Shown here piece by piece: positions 29,455-46,399 of a DNA stretch of 64,000 nucleotides. Below the pieces are notes generated by a model. The model was not told where the DNA came from. It saw only the letters and a list, made by a program, of their open reading frames with translations, and did not search any database. This stretch comes from the human T2T-CHM13v2.0 reference genome, Homo sapiens: NCBI RefSeq assembly GCF_009914755.1, contig NC_060928.1. One strand, given 5' to 3'. Each line of letters starts with the position of its first letter. Within the stretch, counting starts at the first letter, position 1. The position numbers and the translations under genes were made by a program.

Positions 29455-29900
29455 TGTGAAAGGAAAAATAAATCTTGGGGCCCCTTAATCACTAAACTAA
29501 AAGGAAAAGTTAAGCTGGGAACTGCTTAAGGCATACCTGTCTCCCATTTTATTCAAAGTCTTCCCTCTGTTCACTGACATAAATGCATATCTGACTACCT
29601 CCATTGGAAAGTCTAATCAGAATCAAAAGAATGCAACCATTTGTCTCTTACCTACCTGTGACCTGGAAGCACCCTCCCTGCTTCGAATTGTTCTTTCTGG
29701 ATGAAACTAATGTCCATCTTACATACACTGATTGATGTCTCATGTCTCCTTAAAATTTATAGAACCAAGCTGTGCCCTGACCACCTTGGACATACGTTGT
29801 CAGGACCTCCTGAGGCTCTATCATAAGTATGCATCCTCAACATTGGCAAAATACCCTTTCTAGATAAACTGAAACCTGTCTTAGATATTTGGGGTCTGCA
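29455..29900 (+). mobile_element. MER4A1-type 3' LTR
   Basis: tgtgaaaggaaaaataaatcttggggcccc...ggggtctgca; probable 4-bp TSD acat/actt. Confidence 0.93.
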
Positions 29901-30500
29901 ACTTGTATATTGTTAGTGGGAGTGTAAATTGATGCAACCACTATGGAAAACACTATGGAGTTATCTCAAAATAGAAAAATAAAACTATCATATGATCCAG
30001 CAATTCCACTACTGAGTATATATCTACATGATATGAAATTAGTATGTCATAGAGATATCTGTACTCCCATATTTATTTCATGGTTCGTCACAATAGCCAA
30101 GACATGAAATTAACCTAAGTATCAATCAATGGATGAATAGATAAAAAACGTGTTATGTATACACAATAGGATATTATTCAGCCTTCAAAAAGAGGAAAAC
30201 CTTTTCATTTTCAACAACATGAATATACACGAAAGACATTATGTTAAGGACAATAAGCCAGGCACAGAAAGACAAATAATGCCTGATCTTATTTATATGT
30301 GGAATCTTAAAAAACTGAACTCATAAAAGCAGAGTGCAGAATGATACTTACCAGAAGCTTAAGGGCGGAGGGATTGGGAAGATATTGATTGAAGAATATA
30401 ATATTTCAGTCTGATAAGGGGAATAAATTCAAGAGATCTAATTGTGCATCATAGTAAATATAAAATAACAAAACATCATATACTTGAAAATTTTTAAAAA
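29901..30500 (+). mobile_element. L1MA 3' end, right part
   Basis: atatgatccagcaattccactactgagtatatatc..aataaattcaagagatcta. Confidence 0.88.
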
Positions 30501-30509
30501 GCAGTAATA

Positions 30510-30700
30510 TTTGAGGTGATGAAAAATTTTGGAAATGGAGAGTTGGAGGTGGGCCTAGTGGGAGGTATTTTGGTCATGGGGTGAATCCTTTACTTAATGA
30601 TGGTTGCACAACATTATGAATATAATTAATGCTACTAAATTGCACACTTAAAATTCTTACAGGGACAAGTGTTATTTCTTTATACTAAATTTTTAAAAAT
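30510..30700 (+). mobile_element. L1MB-like 3' terminus carrying a short MST-derived insert
   Basis: gaggtgatgaaaaattttggaaatgga[insert]tgatggttgcacaacattatgaat..aattgcacacttaaaa. Confidence 0.75.
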
Positions 30701-30729
30701 AGTTTTTAAAAGTATGTTAAAAAAAGTGC

Positions 30730-32045
30730 ATGTCAAAGGGACATAGGAGCAAAATTGAAAGACTTCTCAATGACTAAAATTTGAGAAATCTGAGCAAGAA
30801 AAGTATTGTTGGATCATAACTGATATAAAAACAAGAATCCATCATGATATAAATAAATGATTCAATAAACAAATAAATGGAGGAGATCAATTTTCTTACA
30901 GAAGTGCAAAAATATACATATGTAGATGCTGTCTCCAAGAAATGTTTATCCCTCTACTGAACCCCCATTGCACCGAGGGAAGCACTAGACTTGGTGTCTA
31001 GCTTTCAAAGTACAAAATAGGAAAAGGGAAAACCAGTTTTCATGCTGTGGTAAACCTGCCAGATACTACCCTAAACTAATGATAAAGGTGAGCATCATTA
31101 GTGATGTTAAGTGGATATCAAGTATTTCCACATATAATGTGACAACAAGGACACAACAACTTTGGTATTCTTTTCAAAATCTCATAACCCAAGTCTAATA
31201 ATGGAAAAAAAAAAAAAAAGAAACACACAAACCCAGCTTTAGGGTTATTCTACAGGATACTATTCAAGACTGTAAAGTACTTCTGTGCCAAGGGCATAAC
31301 AAATAAGGAAAGACTGAGAAACTGTCACAGACCAGATGGGTGTGAGGACACATGATCACAAATAAAATATGTGTTCTGGGTTACATCAAGGAACATTATA
31401 AGGAATATGATATGGTTTGGATATTTTGTCCCCTCCAAATCTCATGTTGAAATGTGTCTCCCATGTTGGAGGTGGGCCTAGTGGGAGGTGTTTTGGTCAC
31501 GGGGATGAATCCGTCATGAATGGCTTAGTGCTGTCCTCATGGTAATGAGTTCTCATACCATGAGTTCACGCACGATCTGGTTGTTTGACAGATCCTGGCA
31601 CCCTTTGCCTCTCTCTCTTTCTTTCTTTCTTACCATGTGACCCATTGGCTCCCCTTTACCTTCTGCCATGTTTGTGAGGTTCTGAGACCCTCACCAGAAA
31701 CAGATACCAACACCAGGCTTCATGTGCATCCTGTGGAACCGTGAACCAAATAAATCTCTTTTCTTTATAAATTACCCAGCCTTAGGTATTCCTTTACAGC
31801 AATGCAAATGGACTAACACAAACCATCAGTTAAAAAAATAATGAAGTCCAAATAATGTCTGGAGTTTAATTGATAGTAATGTACCAATGCCAGCCTCTTA
31901 GTTTTGAAAAATGTACCAAGGGAATGTAAGATTCCAGCAATGGAGGAAACTTGGTGAGAGGGTTAAATAAACTCTCTGTATTATACTGCAGCTTTCCTAT
32001 AAATCTAAACATATTTCAAAATAAAAAAGTTTAAATATAAATAAA
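30730..32045 (+). mobile_element. L1MC-like 3'UTR, split by an MSTB LTR
   Basis: caaagggacataggagc..; tagtaatgtaccaatg..ttagttttga..aaatgtacca; similar to 63260-63680. Confidence 0.75.
31408..31820 (+). mobile_element. MSTB solo LTR
   Basis: tgatatggtttggat...caaatggactaacaca, both termini present. Confidence 0.92.
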
Positions 32046-33006
32046 TAAAAGGCAGCCTCATACCTGTCACAGCCTGCAGGACACCACACTGCCAGCAGGG
32101 TCATGTCCTCCCTTAGCTACTGAGTAAGCATGGAGAGGTCTTCAAATACTGCAAGTTAATTATATTTTAACAGATATTGGCTCTGAAAATGTTACTTGAA
32201 TTATTTTTCCTCCAGTGGGCCAGGGAACACTTCAAAACAATCCATGATTTGTGTTGACTTTTTTTCATGTGTTTAGAATAACTGCCACGAAAAAATAATC
32301 ATTTCAAAAGATAAATGAAAGCAAGCATCTTCTTAGAAAACTATTGAAGGACAGAGAGAACATTACATTTGACAAGTAGACATTAAACATCCTATTTTTT
32401 TTTTTTTGCAAATCTCCACAGATATCAGCAATAAACATTATTAGAGAGTAAAAAGAATTAGTTTTAAACATGAAAAACATTCAACATTATTTATTCTTTG
32501 GTGACTTTCAAGATGTAGTTATTTTTGGAATGTTTTTAACAATAGGGCCATAACTACACAGCATGTCTATGTGAAACTGTCTTCTGATTTGTTCCTAATG
32601 GATTTTGTTTTTCACTGAGACCTACATGACACTACTTCCATGGCTCAGTAATGAGTCAAGAGCTTGTTCTACTCCATAGAATAGTCGTTTCCAGAAGTCA
32701 CTCCTACTTGGTCAAATGTAGCAGGAGAAAAATAATACACTGTCAAGGCTTTTGTACACTTTTTAAAGCTCTTCTTGAACAAGAAGTCTCCACAAGTCAA
32801 TTCTACCAGGGAGTGTTGCCTTGTTTTATGCTCGTTATGACCAAAACTTAGCTCAGGAAATTGCATTACTTTATAATTTTCCTATATATTTGCAGAACAC
32901 GACATTTTCTAAAATGTAAAATGTGTGTTCTCTGGCCTTTGCATGTATTTTAGTTCTTCTATTTAATTAATGAGTGATTCTTAATGATTTTAATTTGGAT
33001 TTTCTT

Positions 33007-33343
33007 AGAATTTTCAGCTTTTCTTCTCCGGTTTCTCCCCATCTTTGTGGTTTTATCTACCTTTGGTCTTTCAGGTTGGTGACCTACAGATGGGGTTTTG
33101 GTGTGGATGTTCTTTTTGTTGATGTTGATGCTATTCCTTTCTGTTTGTTAGTTTTCCTTCTAACGGTCAGGTCCCTCAGCTGCAGGTCTGTTGGAGTTTG
33201 CTAGAGGTCCACTCCAGACCCTGTTTGCCTGGGTATCACCAGTGGAGGCTCAGTTGGAAATGCAGAAATCACCCATCTTCTGCATCGATCACGCTGGGAG
33301 CTGCAGATCAGAGCTGTTCCTATTTGGCCATCTTGGAACAGAG
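33007..33343 (-). mobile_element. L1PA7/8-like 5'UTR retrocopy: internally spliced, ends about 35 nt into ORF1, no poly-A, flanked by a TSD
   Basis: Minus strand reads gttccaagatggcc..ccaactgag|cctccactggtgatacc..cacaaagATGgggagaaac..gaaaattct; TSD at 32991-33006 and 33344-33359. Confidence 0.9.
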
Positions 33344-33395
33344 TAATTTGGACTTTATTATTTCACATATAACCAATCCTTCATAACCATGTCTA

Positions 33396-33660
<265 letters not shown>

Positions 33661-34292
33661 GAAAGAGATTTAAAAAAAAAAAAGATCTCATGCCTGCACA
33701 GCTCATTTAATGAGCCCTAAATTAGTGTCTCTTACTCTTGCTCTTCCATCTCTAACATGGTCCTATCAAACTCTGCTTCTAATGATCTCTTAGATTTTCC
33801 CTAGCCGGCGGTCGGGAAGGGGGGACCCTTCCCCTCCAGGAAGGCTGATGACTGGTGTCCTCCCTCTCCTTCGATCACCTCCTGACCATTCACAACTGCA
33901 GACATGAGTCATGGTAGTGTACAGCTTATATGAACATGGGATTTATACCTGACTCATTTTACATTTTTTACACCACCCAGCACAATGCCTATCATTATTG
34001 GAACCAGAATTTGTGTTTTCTTTGACATCCTACCTACTAAAATAAAACACATCATAGAAAAGAAATCCAAATAAGCAAAAACACTAATTTTCAGAAAAAA
34101 ATTTGTGTTTATAGTTTTTTCTCATGCTATTAATCTCCACTTAGCTTGAGCTTGTCATTCTACTCCTGTTTCTGTGTGTGCGTGTGTGCGTGAATTTCAA
34201 GAGTCCTTTATTAGACCTTTTCTAAAACTAATCTAGCACCCATCAATTTTATTTTTTGATCTCTTCTATGACTTCTGTACTTTTTCATTCTT

Positions 34293-35077
34293 TGTATTAT
34301 ACAGGGTTTTCCAGAAAAACAACAGAACTAATATGATAGATATTATATTTATACACAGATACGTATACACACACACATATATATATATACATACATACAT
34401 AGTTATTATGTGTATGTTGAATGTCCCTTATTTTAAATGCCTAAGACGAGAAGTATTTCAGATTTTGAAATATATATACTACATGCATTAAGCATCCTAA
34501 ATCTGAAAATCCAAAATTTAAAATAATCTAATGAGCATTTACTTTGAGATATATTGGTGCTCAAAGAAACTGGGGTATTGAAATGTTTCAGATTTCAGAT
34601 TTTCAGACTTGAGGAGCTCAACCTCTATACATATACATGAAAGTAGATTTATTATTTGAGTTGGCTCACAGAGTTATAAAGGCCAAGAGTCCCATGATCA
34701 GCCATCTGCAAACTGGAAAGTCAATGACATAATTCAATCTGACTCCAAAGGACTGAGAACCAGGAACCAATGGTAGAAGTTCCAATCGCGTTTTAAAGAC
34801 CTAAAATACAATGATGTGGGAGGGTAGAAGACAATGAATGTCCCAGCTCAAGCAGAGATCAAATTCACCCTTCCTCTACTTTTTTGTTCTATTCAAGCCC
34901 TCAACAGATTGGATGATGCCTGCCCACATTAATAAGGGTGCTCTTCTTTACTCAGTCTACTGATTCAAATTGCTATTCCCTTTAGAAATACCCTCTCAGA
35001 CACACTCAGATGTATTTTATCAGCCATCTGGGTATCTTTTTGCCAAATTAATTTGACATGTAAAATTTACCATTCTA
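34293..35077 (-). mobile_element. MLT2B-like ERVL LTR
   Basis: cagggttttccagaaaaac..(TA)n..ttggctcaca..gccatctgcaa..gattggatgatgcctgcccacatt. Confidence 0.88.
34413..34625 (+). mobile_element. Tigger4a/Zombi (MER46A) MITE in the TA tract of MLT2
   Basis: gttgaatgtcccttat..atctgaaaatccaaaat..tttcagatttcagattttcaga..gctcaacct. Confidence 0.85.
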
Positions 35078-35629
35078 GCTTTATACTGCTATTATTTTAT
35101 TTTTTTCTTTTTTTAGTTTGTCTTTTCAACGGAAGAGGCCTTGCCTATCCATGATATCCCAATTCATTGCCTAATAGAGTTCATTCAGTGAATATAGGGG
35201 GAAAAAAGAGATTTTAATTGCTTGAAACTCATCTGGCTAATTACATATTTGCTGCCTTTGTTGGGTGCATGGTCATCTCTTATCAGAAAATTGCAAATGT
35301 GGCTATGTCTTTCAGGTCTATTTCTATATCTAACTTTTTATTATATAATGTGAAAAAATGTAGTACTTAATTGGAAATCTAGACATTTTCACAGTTGACC
35401 ACAGTCTTACAACCCAGGAGGCAGAAATACAAATATATATATATATAAAATATAATTTGCTTCTTTCTATATTATCATTTACAGTATTATTAGCATAATT
35501 TTCCAATTGAGTAAATATTCTAGTAACACATAATTTGAAAGTTTACTTTAGCTTGATCATTACACATTGTATGCTTGCATCAAATTTTCAAATATTCCCT
35601 GTGATATTTTGTATATAGAGATATACAAA

Positions 35630-35750
35630 TACATCATTACCACTTAGATAAAGAAACTCAGATTGATAATAGTTAAATACCATCTTAACTGAGTCAGTAA
35701 TGGAGCCAGAACTTGAACCCTATCAATCAGATTCTAGAGGCTGTTCATTT
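35630..35750 (-). mobile_element. MIR fragment
   Basis: agataaagaaactcaga..gtaatggagccagaacttgaaccc. Confidence 0.65.
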
Positions 35751-36696
35751 CATCACAAAATTTCTCGTGACACTAAGACAAAATTATTTTTACAAATGGC
35801 ACGATCAGGCAAAATAACTTGGTTCTTAGGTACTAAGTCATATTTATTTTCAGTTATTTATTTTTAGTTCAATAGTTTTTGGGAAACAGGTGGTTTTTGG
35901 TTACATAGATAAGTTCTTCAGTGGTGATTTCTGAGATTTTGGTGCACCTGTCACCTGAACAGTGTACACTGTGCCCAACGTGTAGTCTTTCATCCCTCAC
36001 CCCCTCTCACCCTTCCTCCTGAGTCCCCAAAGTCCATTAGATCATTCTTATGCCTTTGCATCCTCAAAACTTAGTTCTCACTTACAAGTGAGAAAATATA
36101 ATGCTTGGTTTTCTATATTGACTTACTTAACTTAGAATAATGGTCTCCAACTACATCTAGGTTGCTGTGAATGCCATTGTTTCTTTCCATTTTTATGGCT
36201 GAGTAGTATTCCATGGTATAGAGATACCACATATTCTTTATCCACTTGTTGGTTGATAGGCATTTAGGCCAGTTCCATATTTTTGCAGCTGCAAATTGTA
36301 CTGCTATAAACATGTGAGTGCAAGTGCCGTTTTCATATTCTTTTTCATAGTCTTCTTTTCCTCTGGGTGGATACCCAGAAGTGGGATTGCTAGATAAAAT
36401 GGTAGTTCTACTTTAGTTCTTTTAGGAATTTCCATACTGTTTTTCATAGTGGTTGTACCAGTTTGCATTCTCACCAGTGGCATAAAAGTGATCACTTTTC
36501 ACCACATCTACACCAACACCTTTTTTTAAAAAAAAATTATGGCCATTCTTGCAGAAGTAAGGAGTAAGGTGTTATCTCTTTATGGTTTTAAATTGAATTT
36601 CCCTGATAATTAGTGATGTTGAGCAGTTTTCCATATGTTTGCTGGTCATTTGTGTAACTTCTTTTGAGAATCGTCTATTAATGTCCTTAGACCAAA

Positions 36697-39387
<2,691 letters not shown>

Positions 39388-42323
39388 CTTAGCCCACTTT
39401 TTAAACAGATTTTTTTTTCTTCCTGATTTGTTTGAGTTCCTTTTAGAATCTGGATATTAGTCCTTTGTCAAATGCATAGTTTGTTAACATTTTCTCCCAT
39501 TCTGTGAGTTGTTTGTTTACTCTGCCGATTATTTATTTTGCTGTGCTGCTGTGCAGAAGTGTTTTAGCTTAATTATGTCCCATCTATTTATCTTTATCTT
39601 TGTTTTTGTTGCATTTGCTTTTGGGTTCTTTGTCATGAACTCTTTGCCTAAACCAGGTGTCTAGAAGAGTTTTTCTGATGTTATCATCTAGAATTTTTAT
39701 GGTGTCAGGTCTTAGATTTAATTCTTTGTTCCATCTTGATTTGATTTTTGTATAAGGTGAGAGATGACCAGTTTCATTCTCCTACATGTGGCTTGCCAAT
39801 TATCCCAGCACCATTTGTTGAATAGGGTGTCCTTTCCTCATTTTATATTTTTGTTCATTTTGTTGAAGATCAGTTGCATGTAAGAATTTGGCTTTATTTC
39901 TGGTTTCTCTATTCTGTCTCATTTGTCTATGTGCCTATTTTTATATCAGTACCATGCTGTTTTGGTAACTATAGCCTTGTAACATAGTTTGAAGTCGGAA
40001 AGTGTGATGCTTCTGGATTTGTTATTTTTGCTTAGATTTGCTTTGGCTATGCAGGCTCTTTTTTGGTTCTATATGAATTTGAGGATTGTTGTTTCCAATT
40101 CTGTGAAAAATGGTGACTATATTTTCATCAGAATTGCATTGAATTTATAAATTGCCTTCGGCAGTATGGTCATTTTGACAATATTGATATTACCCATCCA
40201 TAAGCATGGGGTGTGTTTCCATATATTTGTGTTAACTATGATTTCTTTCAGCAGTGTTTTGTAGTTTTACTTGTAAAGATCTTTCACATCTTTGGTTAGG
40301 TATATTCTTGAGAATTTCTTTTAGCTGTTTTAAAAGGGGTTGAGTATTTGATATGATTTTCAACTTGATCGCTGTCAGTGTATAGCAATGCTACTGATTT
40401 GTGTACCTTGGTTTTGTATCCTGAGACCTTACTGAATTCTTTATCAGATCTAGAAGTTTTTTGGCTGAGATTTTGGGGTTTTCTAGGTATATGATTATAC
40501 GATTATGTCATCAGTGAACAGCGAGAGTTTGACTTCCTCTTTATCAATTTGGATGTCCTTTTTTTCTTTCTCTTGTCTGATTGATCTGGCTAGGTCTTCC
40601 GGTACTATGTTGAATAGAATTGGTGAAAAAGTGCATCCTAGTTTTGTTCCAGTTCTCCAGGAGAATGCTTTCAATTGTCTCTAATCAGTATAATGTTGAT
40701 TGTGGGTTTGTGGTAGACAGCTTTTATTACCTTCTATGCCGATTTTGCTGAAGATTTTAATCATAAAGGGATGCTGGATTTTGTCAAATACTTTTCCTGC
40801 ATCTATTGAGATGATCATGTTTTTTGGCTTTTAATTCTGCTTATGTGATGTATCACATTTATTTATTTGAGTATGTTAAACCCTCCCTGAATCCCTAGTA
40901 TGAAACCACTTGATCATGGTGAATTATCTTTTTGATATGATGTTGGATTTGATTTGCTAGTATTTTGTTGAGGATTTTTGCATCTATGTTCATCAAGGAT
41001 ATTGGTCTGTAGTTTTATTCTTTTGTTATGTCTTTTCCTGGTTTGGGTATTAAGGTGATACTGGCTTCATAGAATGATTTAGGGAGAATTTCCTTTTTCT
41101 CTATATTTAGAATAGTTTCAGTAAGATTGGTGACAATTCCTCTTTGAATGTCTGATAGAATTCAGCTGTGAATCCATCTGGTCCTGGACTTTTTTTGTTG
41201 GCAATTTTTAAAAATTATCATTTCAGTCTCACTGCTTGTTATTGGTCTGTTCAGAGTTTCTATATCATCTTGGTTTAACCTAGGAAAGTTGTATATTTCC
41301 AGGAATATACCCATCTCCTTTAGGTTTTCTAGTTTGTGTAAAGGTGTTCATAGTAGCCTTGAATGATCTTTTGTATTTCTGTGGTATCAGTTGTAATATC
41401 TCTCATTTCATTTCTAATTGAGCTTATTTGGATCCTCTCTTTGTTCTTTGCTTAATCTCTCTAATGGTCTATCAATTTTGTTTGTGTTTTCAAATAACCA
41501 GTTTTTTGTTTCATTTATCCTTTGTATTTTTTTGTTGTTTTAATTTTATTTATTTCTTTTCTGCTCTTTGTTATTTCTTTTCTTCTGCTGGGATTGTGTC
41601 TGGTTTGTTCTTGTTTCTCTAGTTCATTGGGTGTGAGCTTAGATTGTCTACTTGTGTTCTTTCAGAATTTTTGATGTAGGCATTTAATGCTATGAACTTT
41701 CCTCTTAGCATCATTTGTGCTGTATCCCAGAGATTTACATAGGTTGTTTCACTATTTTTGTTCAGTTTAAAGAATTTTTATATTTCCATCTTGATTTTAT
41801 TATTTTCACAAAGATCATTCAGGAGGAGATTATTTAATTTTCATGTATTAGTGCTGTTTTGACGGCAACCTTTTAGAGTTGATTTCCAATTTTATTCCAT
41901 TGTGGTCTGAGAGGAAGTCATATTTCTTAAGCTTTACCTTAGTTCCTAGCATTGTTCTTGACACATAGCAGAGTTTTAAAAGTGGCTGTACATTGTTTAG
42001 GGCCTTAAGTTATGAACTAGATAGAAATATTTGTTTTATTTTCCTATTTAGACCTTTCTAAAGTATGAGTCACAAGTTTTACTACATGTCATTTTATGAT
42101 TTAATTTTTATTCCCAAATATTTCTCAAAGGAATTACTGTTATTTCTTTTTGATACAATCAAGAACATAGACTGAGATATTGGTTCCCTAACGATCTACT
42201 CAAGTTAAATTTGGCACAACTAGATGCATTATCATAGACGTCCTATAGAAGACCTTAGAAACAGTGAGTTTACGGTTTTTATAAATAAATGTTTACAAAC
42301 TTGGTTTAAAAATCAACAATCAT

Positions 42324-42790
<467 letters not shown>

Positions 42791-45700
42791 TCACCACAGA
42801 AAGGAGCAGAAATGGAGGAATAAAGCTGACTGTAAAACAAACATGAAAACAAAATAACCTTATCCAGAAGCTAGTAAACCCATCTATAGGAGTGTCATCA
42901 ATATTAGTTTACTGTGATTATATAAAAGAATTATATTGTTTTAAAGGATTTTTTCACAAGAGTAGAAGCTTAAAAATAATAAATTAGTTGTCTTTAGAAA
43001 TGTATATAGAGAGATCCAAAGCTCAGTCTTTGAAACTCCTCTCTTTCTCTGCCTCTCTTTCTCTCCCAAAGTGTAAAGTAAGACATAATTTCAATATGAG
43101 ACAATTTATATTTTATTACTGTCAAAGTAAGAAGGTTCTAAGTTTATGACCCAGTGAAGTCTGTGTTAGACTGTGTTTAAAAATAAGTTAAGTAGAAATC
43201 ACAAAGAGGTGTTCTCTATCTTTCAAGATTTTAAAATTTCATTTTATTTCATTTCATGATAAATTTTAATAGATCAATCAATTTTATATGTCATCTGTCT
43301 ATCCAGGAATGTGAAATTATTCTATCATTTTACATAGTTCAAAATCCCATTGCTATTTGAAATTAGTAGAAAACTGAATCAATTTTTTTTTCCATTTCAA
43401 AACTCTACTATGTCCATGACACCAGATACTGACCCTTACATTATCTCAGTTTGAAATATACCTAATCTGAAATGTATTATTTTTTGGTATTTTGAGAACT
43501 GATCAAATTTTATTGGGCAGACTTTTCTCTCCATGAAAGCATTTGCATTGTACTCTTAGCAGTAACATGTAAACAAGATCAATGTATAGATAAACAATAT
43601 TGCATCATCTTATCTTGTCATAAAAGAATCTTAATAATCAAACACTGCTTATATCAAACTAATTTTCATTCAGAAAATTTACAGTGTGTATCCTACATAT
43701 TTTCCTCCCCACTGATTTTTGTATGGCCTCTTTTCCATAGGCAGGTATTTTCAATATAATTTTATTACTCTAATTTATTAATCTGAGAGAAACATTCCAA
43801 ATTAAAAATATTTTCAATCAATATGTTCCAGTCGACTAAAAACTGCTTTGGCCATGTTAACCTGATACTTTATATGCTTAGAATGAAAGCAAGTGTGATA
43901 GCTAGGAAAACCTATATACAGATCTAGTTTCAAAAAATGAAAGTGGCTTCATCTAAAAGCTCATCAAAAAGATTAGACCTGGTTTCTAATCAGAGCATTT
44001 TACAGCAGTAAAAGCTATGGGGAAAAGGCAGTATAAGTCAGGGTGTGGCATTTAGGGACTCAACAGGTAAGCTTATTTTATGCATTGTATGATGTGATTT
44101 TACACTGGTTTGTTTTTACAGCTCAGAACATCTTTATGTAAAATTCTTGTAGATTTTTATGTGATTCTGATCACTGTATTTATTAATATTATGAAATATC
44201 ACAGGAAATCAAAGCCAGAACATGTATAATTTTGTTCATCATGATGTTTTGTTAGATTATGATTGGATGTAATCATGTATGTCAAATATTTAGATATTTT
44301 TGGTTACAAAGCACTTTTGCTATATGTTGATATATTAAGCTATATAACCAGGTAATTCTATTAGGCTCTTTCCAAGCTAATGTTTCTGGTTTCTGCATTG
44401 TTATCTGGTTATCCTAAGTCATTGATCTAAGGTGCATTTCAGTATCTAATTCCCAGGGGTCTCTTTGGATTGTAGTTCCCCATGATTCCCACAAATTTTT
44501 TAGACTGGGGTGCTACTTTATTTTCTGCTTCACTGAAAAATTGCAAGCCTTTTTTCCCAAGGATTGTTGGCTTGAACTCTGGATGCGTACTTGGACCATG
44601 GTGATAAAAATGCACCATCTCATCTGGATTCTCTCTGGCTATATTGCACTGAGCAATCTGTAACCTAAAACAAGAATGAGATGAATTTTCCATATGTAAC
44701 TGATGATGCTTTTCATATCCTTGGATTATTTCCTCTTATTGGCATCACTTCATAACATTTTTTAGCTGATGTCATAGCAGATTCTATTTCCTAAGATTTT
44801 TTCACTAACCACTAATCTAAATTTGCCTAAAATAAATCTTAACTCACATGAGCAACCATAAAAATCAACTATCTGTGATCTTTAGTACACTGTTACAAGT
44901 ATAAGTATTTACCTGTTACCTAACCCTAACCCTATGCAGTATCTCTGGTAGTTATCATTTTAAACATCTGTGATTTTTAAAATAAGCTAATTGGAAATTG
45001 GTTGTCTTCTCACTCTGCTTGTTAAACTATATGCCTTATTACATGTTTACAATTTTTGTTAAGTATTGCAGCGTTCTAATCTCAGTATGAAATGGCTGCC
45101 TAAAGGCAAGAAACATAACTTCCTGTAGATATGATAAGTTACAGTAAGTTAGGTAAGTAGGAAACTGAAGCAAAGGGCTCATGGTCTTCTAGAGAGAAGC
45201 TTCCAGATGATGTAGTTATATGAGAATGGAGATCTGTGGTTGATAAAAATTTTGATTGTTCAAGAGAAGTTCAATATCTGGATTTCATACACAATGAACC
45301 TTTTTAAAAAGTGTTGTTTAATAATTTATTTTTGAAAAGTGATTAGCCAAGAAAATTTTGTCTATGGCCGGAATCTACATCTTGGATAGCAGTGTTCAAA
45401 TTATCCAAAGTTACTTAAAATAACCAAAGCTACATTGTAAGTAGATTATTTTAATCAAAATGTTTTACTCTAACTCCCCTTATCATAGAGGCTTTCTAAG
45501 TTATATCCACCTGCACAGAGTAATAACACTTATCAAGACATTATTAAATATGCACTTACTAAATATACTGCTATAAGTATTACAAAGACAGGAATGTTTA
45601 AATATAAAGAAATGAGACTTGAGAAATCTGGACAAGAAAGCATCCTCCACCCTATCCTCAGCTGTTCATTGGGGAATGGTGAATATTTTCTGCACTAGAT

Positions 45701-46399
45701 GCTATTAGATCCATATTTCTGAAGTGAGGTATTAATTTAGTCAGTATAATGAGCAATACATTTAGATTAAAAGGGAGCAACAGACATCAAATCTCGAGAA
45801 ACATTGATTGTACTAGGAAACAAAATCACCTGAAAGAACCAGACTTCAAAGAAGCTAATCACATAGCTACATGAAGACATTTTCTTTTCTTGCATAAAAG
45901 ATGTACTAGCAATAGGGCTACAAAGCAACACAAAGAAATCCAGATATGTGAGAATTTGATCAAATATTAAAAATGAACCAGATAAAATATATGCAAATCA
46001 CTTAGAAATAACCTCAACTGGAGAAACCAGAGAAGTGGCAGTGAATAAATAAAAATAAAAGAGGAAACTTTAAATAATTTTTTAAAAATTGATTATTAAT
46101 TTCCTCACTGAGCTCTCAGGAATTTCCCTACACAATTATTCATTTTCAAATGGGCACACTGCAAAAGCATCTCCCACCCATACACTTCTTCCACAACCTT
46201 TCTCTGCAATTCTCTCTTCCTTTGGGCAGGAAATTTCCCAAAATAATTGCTTATATTTTCAATTTACATTTTTTTCTGTCTTTATTTCTGAAACTTATTT
46301 TATTCAAGTTTTCATCTTCACCCAAAACACAAAAACAGTCTTGTCCAATTCACAAATTTTATCTGTATAACTAAAACAGTGCTTTATTATCTTTCCTCC

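Noticed and set aside
32974-33386. Plus-strand ORFs over the L1 5'UTR as L1 ORF0
   Set aside because: ORF0 and the antisense promoter lie in the central 5'UTR, which is the part removed from this copy.
43994-44066. Possible plus-strand exon (ctaatcag|...caacag|gtaagc)
   Set aside because: Good donor but weak acceptor tract and no partner exons; expected by chance.
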